Shown here: positions 36,701 to 64,000 of the stretch, piece by piece
Numbering within the stretch: position 1 is the stretch's first letter
How the letters are laid out: every line of letters starts with the position of its first letter
From: Hemiscyllium ocellatum
Taxonomy: Eukaryota
Length of the DNA: 64,000 nucleotides
Reading direction: 5' to 3'
NCBI RefSeq assembly: GCF_020745735.1
Contig: NC_083416.1
Coordinates: 67,357,131 to 67,421,130, forward strand
Notes under the pieces: generated by a model
Databases searched by the model: none
What the model saw: the letters and a program-made list of their open reading frames with translations, nothing else
What the model was told of the DNA's origin: nothing
Made by a program: the position numbers and the translations under genes

Positions 36701-38554
36701 GGCGACACTCTCCATCGCATCTCCTCCACTTCCCGCACCTCCGCCCTTGATCCCGGCCCCTCCAATCACCACCAGGACAGAACCCCACTGGTCCTCACCT
36801 TCCATCCCACCAACCTCCGGATACATCGTATCATCCTCTGTCATTTCCGCCACATGCAGACAGACCCCACCACCAGGGATATATTTCCCTCCCCACCCTT
36901 ATCAGCATTCAGGAGAGACCACTCCCTCCGCAACTCCCTCGTCAAGTCCACACCCCCCACCAACCCAACTTCCACTCCCGGCACCTTCCCCAGCAACCGC
37001 AAGAAGTGCAAAACTTGCGCCCACACCTCCCCCGTCACCTCCCTCCAAGGCCCCAATGGATCCTTCCATAACCGTCACAAATTCACCTGCGCCTCCACAC
37101 ACATCGTTTACTTTATCTGCTGCACCCAATTTGGTCTCCTCTACATTGGGGAGACAGGCCACCTACTTGCGGAATGTTTCAGAGAACATCTCTGGGACAC
37201 CCGCACCAACCAACCCAACCGCCCCGTGGTTGAACACTTTAACTCCCCCTCCCACTCCGCCAATGATATACAGGTCCTTGGCCTCCTCCATCGCCAGACC
37301 CTGGCCTGGAGGAAGAGTGCCTTATCTTCCACCTAGGAACCCTCCAACCACAAGGGATGAATGTAGATTTCTCCAGCTTCCTCATTTCCCCTTTCCCCAC
37401 CTTATCTCAGTCCCAACCCTCGGATTCAGCACTGCCCTCTTGATCTGCAATCTTCTTCCCGACCTCTCCACCCCCACCCCCTCTCAGGCCTATCACCCTC
37501 ACCTCCTTCCACCTATAGTATTCCCAGCACCCCTCCCCCAAATTCTCTCCCCTCTACCTTTTATCTCAGCCCGCTTGGCACACCAGCCTCATTCCTGAAG
37601 AAGGGCTTATGCCCGAAACATCGATTCTCCTGCTCCTCGGATGCTGCCTGGCCTGCTGTGTTTTTCCAGCATCACATTTTTCAACTCTGGTACTCCAGCA
37701 TCTGCAGCCCTCACTTTCTCCTACATGGCCAATTCACCTGACCTGCACATCTTTGGACTGGGAGAGGAAACCGGTGCACCCGGAGGAAACCCACACAGAC
37801 ACGGGGAGAATGTGCAAACTCCACACAGACAGTTGCCCGAGGCTGGAATCGAACCTGGGACCCTGGTGCTGTGAGGCAGTAGCGTTAACCACTGAGCCAC
37901 TGTGCCACCAATTAAAGAATACCAATTAAAAGAAGAGATCAACATTTATATTGTACAAGAGAAGGCTGGCAAGTGGACTCCAATTGGTACAGGTGTCGCC
38001 AAACAGAATATACCTGTTAACAGTGATCAACAGTCAACTTCCACGCTTTGTTTAAATTTAGTATTGTAATAGAAGAGAAGATTTGAAAATACACAGCATG
38101 CATCTCAGAACCTCCACAGAAAAGCTACAAAAATTGCCTTTAACGTTTTGATAGTCTTGTCCTGTTCGAATATCCAGTTGTCAATTCAATGCATCTCAGG
38201 TAATTTTATCTCATGTGTGTGGCTGGAAGCTGTGATGACAGATCTGTTATCAGAATAATGAAGATAAACTTCTTTAAACCAAGTATACAACTATATTCGT
38301 TTGATCAAGTGCATCATCTAATTAGATTTGAAACAGAAGAAACATGACAGACAAGGGATCTTTACCTTCAATATCTCTTGCCCCTTAACAGACAATGCTA
38401 TATCTTTACTCCCCAGGCTACATTTGATTTCTTTTGCAGATGTTCCAACTGGAACATGGACATCAATAAAAATTTCTTCCATGGTCTGATACCATTCACC
38501 CCATGGGGTCTTGCAACGAACAGTCCCACTTCTTTCATCAAAATGAACTGACAT
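33632..38554 (-). CDS. NUDCD2: NudC domain-containing protein 2, whole CDS, 157 aa
   Basis: join(38366-38554,35765-35813,35418-35569,33632-33715) = 474 nt. MSVHFDERSG...TPWGEWYQT, GKLFDSTVSDEGTWTLED, KKLTLERFQREHPGFDFSGADISGNY. Confidence 0.96.
33870..34200 (-). mobile_element. tRNA-derived SINE
   Basis: Reverse complement of the same family. Confidence 0.8.
34365..34740 (-). mobile_element. CR1-type LINE 3' fragment
   Basis: EFRRMR..IETYKIL. Confidence 0.7.
35418..35569 (-). CDS. NUDCD2: NUDCD2 coding exon 3
   Basis: EDKKQISIVLRKSNREAGNCWSSLLEG...ERFQRE, 152 nt. Confidence 0.94.
35765..35813 (-). CDS. NUDCD2: NUDCD2 coding exon 2
   Basis: GKLFDSTVSDEGTWTL, 49 nt, GT-AG. Confidence 0.94.
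36618..37722 (+). mobile_element. Penelope-like element 3' fragment (Neptune-like: Cys motif plus GIY-YIG) inserted into a SINE
   Basis: ORF 36602-37336: PLVLTFHP, RKKCKTC, VYFICC..LYIGETG..FREH. 18-bp TSD ACATGGCCAATTCACCTG at 36600-36617 and 37723-37740. Confidence 0.88.
37591..37627 (+). ncRNA. Minimal hammerhead ribozyme in Neptune-like PLE tail
   Basis: CTGAAGA a GGGC ttat GCCC GAAAC ATC. Confidence 0.75.
38366..38554 (-). CDS. NUDCD2: NUDCD2 first coding exon
   Basis: ttAG|ccATG, 189 coding nt, GTAAAG donor. Confidence 0.94.
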
Positions 38555-38724
38555 GGCTAAATAAGTGAAAAAAATTATCACATTACAATCAAGGATAAAA
38601 TTATATTGAACAATGACAAATGTTAAAGTAAGGTAAGCAGAAAATTTTGCAGAAACCAACTAATCCTAGTTATGTAACTTTAGAATGGCTATTTCCTGAT
38701 ATTTATTGAAATTATTCATTATTA

Positions 38725-40146
38725 GCAAGTTTTGGAAAATTTGTAGCTAAGGTTGAGGTTCTGGATGTAGGTTTGTTTGCTGATTGGAAGGTTCGTTTTC
38801 AGTCGTTTCATCACCATAATAGGTAACATCATCAGTGAGCCTTGGGATGAAGTATTGATGGTATGGCCCGCTTTCTATTTGTGTGTCCAGGTTTCCTTGG
38901 GTTAGTGACATTCTTTCCTGTGGTGATGTCATTTCCTGTTTTTTTTACTGAGGGGGTGATAAATGGGATCCAAGTCAATGCATTGCCGAGAGTTCTCGTT
39001 GGAATGCCATGCTTTTAGGAATTCTCGTGTATGTCTCTGTCTTGTCCTATGATGGATGCTTTGTCCCAGTCGAAGTGGTGTCCTTCCTCATCTGTATGTA
39101 AGGATATTCGTGAGAGTGGATCATGTCTTTTTGTGGCTAGTTGATGTTCGTGTATCCTAGTGGCTTGTTTTCTGCCTGTTTGTCCAATGTAGTGTTTGTT
39201 ACAGTTCTTGCAAGGTATTTTGTAAATATAAAATACTCTTATTAGCATAAAATTCACTAAAGAGGAAGAAAACAACAACAAATTGCCATTCCTAGTCACA
39301 GTAGAGCAAACAGTCAATGGGGAACTTCAAACCAGCGTCTACAGGAAAACAACACATACGGACCAAATACTGAACTATGGAAGCAATCATTCCCAACACC
39401 TACAAACAAAGCTGCATCAGAACATTATTTCAACAAGCCACCACACACTGCAGCACAGAGGAACTATGAAGAGCAGAGGCAAATCACGGATATGGTGTAT
39501 TCAAGAAAAATGGGTACCCAATGAACATAGTCTGCTGATTTCTCAGCAACAACCCAAACAAGCAGACAAAACACACCCAGAAACCCTAACCACTCTCCCC
39601 TAAATCAAAGACATCTCGGAAATGACTGCCAGACTACAAAGACCCCTTGGCATCATAGTAGCTCACAGACCCACTAATACAGCAGCTAATGATCTTGAAA
39701 GACGCCAAACAGACAACAAGCAAACTAATGTCATTTACAAGATACCTTGCAAGATCTGGAACAAACACTACATTGCACAAACAGGCAGAAAACGCACCAC
39801 AAAAATACATGACCCACTCTCACTAGCATCCTTACATACAGATAAAGAAAGACACCACTTCGACTGGGACAACACTTCCATTCTAGGACAAGCCAAATAG
39901 AGGCACGAGAATTCCTAGAAGAATGGCATTCCAACTGGAACTAAGTCAACAAACACATTGACTTGGATCCCACTTACCACCACCTGAGAAAAAACCGGAA
40001 ATGACATCACAGGAAATGATGTCACCAACCCAAAGAAACCTAAACATTTAAATACAAAGCGGGTCATACCACCAGGCTCACTGATGATGTTACCTAGTAT
40101 GGTGATGAAACATCTGAAAATGAACCTTCCAGCTCAGCGAACATCC
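38725..40146 (+). mobile_element. Older Penelope-like element (same type), RT C-terminus plus GIY-YIG, with inverted 3'-end copy
   Basis: Degenerate ORFs (YRKTTHTDQIL; VIYKIPCK..HYI.QTGR) on both strands. TSD ATTATTCATTATTA at 38711-38724 and 40147-40160. Confidence 0.9.
40078..40117 (+). ncRNA. Minimal hammerhead ribozyme in PLE
   Basis: tca CTGATGA t GTTACC tagtat GGTGAT GAAAC ATC tga. Inverted copy at 38799-38838. Confidence 0.75.
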
Positions 40147-41004
40147 ATTATTCATTATTATTCAACATTAAACATAATTATAATATGGGAACTGTTCCTT
40201 TATCAGTTTTTAGCACAGAAATGAAGATCGTACTGGATATTATTTTGTTACACTCTATAGCCATTTGCTGCAGGAAATAAGATTCAACCAAGACACATAT
40301 AAACGACAATGATGGATGGGTAAAAATCCTCTTGCCTATCCAACCTGTTCTATATCTTGGGAGGTTTTTTCCATATAAATTGGTAAAGCATCAAGACAAG
40401 TTCCAGGTCCCTATCCTGCCCCAGGACATGGATGGGAAGAGTGGAAGCAAGTAGTCACAGCTCGTGATTTCTGTGGGTGCAGTCTACTCCTTAGCTGAGG
40501 CACGTCAGACATCCAATTCATGGGTATGGGATTGACATGAAAAGTGGAATAGATTGAAAAGACACCGGGGTAGCCATTGCTGAGGCGGTCATTGAAGGAG
40601 GAGATGCATGAAACAGAGAGGCAGATATCAAAAAGAGAAGGAGAAAATGCAGCTCTTGTTGTTATTCCAAACCAGTTACACATTGGTGGAATGGAAACTG
40701 ATTAGTTGATTTAGTTGATATTTGGCAGTTTGGTGGCTACGTGCATGAAATCTATGATGTCCTGTACTTTGGAGAATTCAGTGATGGATAACCAGCCTTT
40801 GCACCTATGAGGACCCCATCTGTTTGAAGGTGAATGAAGATATCAGTGACCTGCAAGATGTGCTGTTGCAAGCGATCCCCCACAAATGTCCGCAGATAAT
40901 TCTTAGAAGAAGTGAGTGGCAAAGTCATTAAACAGCACAGTAAATTTGACAGCTAGTGGCTGAGATGTTAGCTGATCGGTGATACGTGTACGAAACTCAG
41001 TGAC

Positions 41005-42590
41005 TATCTGAATTGAATTGAACTGAATTGAATTTATTGTCACATGTACAGAGACACAGTGAAAAGCTTTGTCTTGTGAGCAATACACCAGATCACAGAC
41101 TTAAGTAGCATAGATAGTAAACAATAGGTAAGAGCAGCAAAACAAAAATGCAAGCACAGGCGAATGTTAAGAGTTTGTGAGTCCATTCAGTATTCTAACA
41201 ACAGTAGGGTCGAAACTGTTTCAAAACCAGCTGGTGCATATGGTCAGGCTTCTGTACCTTCTCCCCAACGGTAGAGTTGTAGAAAAGCATTGCCAGGGTG
41301 GGATGGGTCTTTGATAAGGCTGGTGGCCCACCCTTGACAGCAGGGCTGGTAGATGAATTCTACAGATGGGAGGTTGGCCTTTGTGATTGTCTGGGCTGGA
41401 GTTCACCACTCTCTGCAATCGTCTCCGATCTTGAATGGTACAGTTGCCACAGCAGGTAGTGATACATCCAGACAGAACACTCTCAATGATGCACCTATAA
41501 AAGTTGGCAAGGGTATTCACCATCATGCCAAATTTTCTCAGCTGCCTGAGGAAGAAGAGACATTGTTGGGCCTTCGTAACCAGTATGTCCACATGAAGAG
41601 TCCAAGAAATCTTGGTGTTGATGATCACTCCCAGGTGCTTAGCACTCTACACTTGTTCTACTTCTGTGCTGTTAATATGTAGGGGCCATGAGTAACATCC
41701 CAACAAAAGTCAATAATAAGTTCCTTGGGAGCTTGGCTGTTCTCAGTGCACATTTTTCCAGGTCTTTCACCTCCCGTCTGTCGTCTGTTTTGTCACCATT
41801 TCAGATTCAACTGACTATGGGGATGTCATCAGCAAACTTGTAAATGGCAATAGTCTAGTATTTGGTGACCCAGTCATGGGTATACAGTGAATACAGTAGG
41901 AGGCTGAGTATACACCCCATAGGGGGCAGGGGGGTGCTCCAGTGTTGAATGTTAGTGAGAACGAAATATTGTCCCCAGCCTTCACTGATTGGGGCCTGTG
42001 GGTCAGGACACTGAGGTTCCTGTTGCAGAGAGTGGGGTTTAGTCTGAGATCACTAAGTTTCATAATCAGTCTTGAGGGGATAACAGTGTTGAAGACTGAA
42101 CTGTCATTAATGAGTAGGATACTTACGTAGCTGTACTTGGGTTCAAGATGTCCTAGAGAGGAGTGAAAGGCAAATGATATGGCATCTGACGTGGTTCTGT
42201 TGGTCCAAGAGGCACATTGGAGTGGGTCGAGAGTAGTGGGGAGGCTGGAGTTGATTAACGCTATGGCCAGCTTTTCAAAGCACTTCATGACCACCGAAGT
42301 TAGGACCACTGGGCAGTAGTCATTGAGACATGGCTGCATGAGCCTTCTTAGACACAGGGATGATGTTGGCCCTCTTGAAATCGGTCTGCTGCAGGGAGAG
42401 GTTGAAGGTGTCCAAGAAGACCTCCGCCAATTGATTTGCGCTTGCTCTAAGTGCACTGCCTGGTACTCCACCTGGTCCCATCACTTTCCTTGGATTCATA
42501 CGAAGGAAAATTGATCTGACCTCTGATGCAGTGACTTTTGGGATAGGTGTTACCTCTCCACCAAAGTCCTGCTCAAAGCGAGCATACCTC
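41005..42590 (-). mobile_element. Rex1/Babar-type LINE RT fragment with (TTCAA)n tail
   Basis: NDY.PVVLTSVVMKCFEKL, LDPLQ, SSVFNTVIP, KAQQ.LFFLRQLRKF motifs; pentanucleotide tail at 41008-41035. Confidence 0.82.
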
Positions 42591-43527
42591 ACTCAGAACA
42601 AAATATGTAGTATGCTGAGAAGAGACAAAAACAAAGATGCCAGATGGAGTGGAAGAAGGGATTGAAAATGATTCTACCTCACCTAACCTTTTGACATGTA
42701 CCTCTGGACTATGGGAGGAAACCATACAGAAATGTGAGAACTCCAAACAGATAATCATCCAAGGCTAGAATCAAACCTGGGTCTGAGGCTGCAATGCTAA
42801 CCACTGAGTGACTGTGCTAACCCCGGAGAAAATTCCAGCCCAGAATCCCAAGCAGTACTTACAGTCACAAGAGTTTTTAAGAGAACCAAAAGAGCCTCTT
42901 TGGCCCATCATGCCCACCACAGTCACCAGCATTGATCTACACGAACACCATTGTCCATCAAATTGCCAAAACCCAGGTGTGATGTTTCATGTGATCATCT
43001 AAATCCTTCTGAAGTGTCTAACTGGTGCCATCTGTACCTCACTTTTAGGAAGTGAGTTCCAGATACCCTCTACATTGTTTTGCCCCCTTCTAATTTCCTG
43101 TTCCGTTCCTTAGTAGTATAATCCTGGATATTGATCCCTTTAAAGGAGATAAGGCTTCTGCCCAGCTGTGCCCCTCATAACTCTGTGTCCCCCAATCAGG
43201 TATTTTAAGGCCTTACCTTCTATAATATTAACACATTAGTACTATTGAAAATGTATCAAGTTAACTTCATCATCTGGTCAACATTCCATCCTTGAATTGA
43301 TTTAAGCTGCACAGAGCAGCCACAGATCCTTCTTTCACTTTATATTGGAGACTCTCTGAGGCTCCTCGTGCAGCACAGAGAAATGGACGGTTTTACGACA
43401 CTGTCACAAAATCTAGACACAGACACCCACACACTCCCTCTCCCTCCCAGAACAAACACACCAAAGCTGATAATAAATCTCCAGTAATCATTCAAATTTC
43501 TGTATTTGTAAATAGAGAGGACTTTAC

Positions 43528-43660
43528 CGGCGAGTTTGTCGCTGGTTTGTGGGGTAGAGGGAACTTGCGGGCAGGAAGAGGTGAGCCGGGGAAGGTTAGA
43601 GGGGATGGACTTTGCGCGGTGTCTCCCGGGAACTGTAGGCACGACACCAGACATGACCGC
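43528..43660 (-). other. NUDCD2: Probable NUDCD2 upstream (5'UTR) exon
   Basis: CCG|GTAAAGT donor at 43527 at the edge of the CpG island. The NUDCD2 ATG lies 2 nt after an acceptor, so an upstream exon is expected. The 5' boundary is approximate. Confidence 0.6.
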
Positions 43661-43803
43661 CCGATGACGCGTTGAGGCCGCAAAGCAGAAGACTACAACT
43701 CCCAGCATGCTGCGCGGCGGAGCGGCGCAGGCGTGTCCCACTTGGTGGTGAGGGGAGTGAGAGAAGCCGGGTGTCTGTTAGTTGGTCTGTTACACGTTTC
43801 GGC
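43600..43803. promoter_or_regulatory. Bidirectional CpG promoter of NUDCD2 and LARS1 with ZNF143/THAP11-type motifs
   Basis: GACTACAACTCCCAGCATGC at 43691-43710 (+). A second CCTACAGTTCCC on minus near 43628-43639. TGACGC half-CRE at about 43665. Confidence 0.8.
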
Positions 43804-63199
<19,396 letters not shown>

Positions 63200-63697
63200 T
63201 AAAGGAAAAATCTAGGACCTTAGAGAGCCAATGCTGGTCTAAGCTACTGTAAAATATCATTTTTCTTTGGACCAGTTGAAAGAATTTAGGGATGTATCAG
63301 TGCAGAAAAGTCTGCACCTGTACTTCATATTTTTGCCATTTTTACACTAGATAGATTTCCTTGTTTCAGTGTTACAAATGACTCCTATGAAGGAGGCCCC
63401 CAGGCTGCACCTTATGCAAAAGTTGTTAGCTCGTATTGTGTGCAGGATTACAACTGACATCCTTGCAAATTCAGTTTATTTTACCAGGTATGTCATGCAT
63501 CACCAACATTTACCTCGCTTGAAAGGGAGGAAAATTACGTTCGACCATGGTTCAGATCAGAATTTATTACAGACAATTAACAGATCAATGGCCAGTACTA
63601 ATACATATTTATTTGGTCTTTGTAATATAGCAAAGAATATAGTTCTGTACTATTGCTAAATCTAAAATTGAACATAAACACAAAATCCTTCTATTTT

Positions 63698-63928
63698 GTT
63701 AAAAATCACACAGCACCAGGTTATAGTCCAACAGGTTTAATTGGAAGCACACTAGCTTCAGAGCGACACTCCTTAATCAGGTGTTAGTGGAGGGCTCGAT
63801 CGTATCACCTGACGAAGGAGCGTCGCTCTGAAAGTTAGTGTGCTTCCAATTAAATCTGTTGGACTATAACCTGGTGTTGTGATTTTTAACTTTGTACACT
63901 CCAGTCCAACACCGGCACCTCCAAATCG
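63698..63928 (+). mobile_element. Fold-back hammerhead-bearing element, third family (relatives at about 135-305, 9738-10000, 25460-25600, 62090-62150)
   Basis: Inverted arms of about 85 bp. TSD CTTCTATTTT at 63688-63697 and 63929-63938. Confidence 0.85.
63806..63840 (+). ncRNA. Minimal hammerhead ribozyme, third sequence family
   Basis: cac CTGACGA a GGAGC gtc GCTCT GAAA gtta gtg. Confidence 0.65.
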
Positions 63929-64000
63929 CTTCTATTTTATGGCTGATTGATCACTAACTCACGACAGAATTTCTCAGTTATCATATGGCAGCTTCAAAAT

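Larger units (their letters stand above)
36478..37910 (-). mobile_element. tRNA-derived SINE split by the PLE insertion
   Basis: SINE halves at 36478-36617 and 37723-37910. Confidence 0.85.

Noticed and set aside
36588-37598. 336-aa proline-rich ORF
   Set aside because: Alternative frame of the C-rich PLE fragment; the recognisable frame is 36602-37336.

Overview
Eukaryotic, AT-rich, repeat-dense vertebrate DNA, not prokaryotic. The repeat content (HE1-type tRNA SINEs, CR1/HER1-type LINEs, Penelope-like elements) points to a shark or other cartilaginous fish, which is an inference. Four spliced genes were reconstructed by hand with exon phases checked. (1) A complete, strongly diverged SPCS3-like gene (minus, 5 exons, 176 aa) with an intact U12 AT-AC intron 2. 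(2) SRA1 (minus, 5 coding exons, 211 aa). (3) NUDCD2 (minus, 4 coding exons, 157 aa, plus a probable upstream exon). (4) The first 8 exons of LARS1 (plus), head-to-head with NUDCD2 across a short CpG-rich promoter carrying ZNF143-type motifs. GC-rich minisatellites (32-bp and 40-bp units) abut both housekeeping promoters. The most striking non-genic pattern is at least a dozen Penelope-like or Penelope-derived insertions, 0.12-2.7 kb long. They share long target-site duplications (9-18 bp), most carry a minimal hammerhead ribozyme, and many have a fold-back inverted 5' end. Homology calls rest on recalled sequences and motifs; no searches were run.
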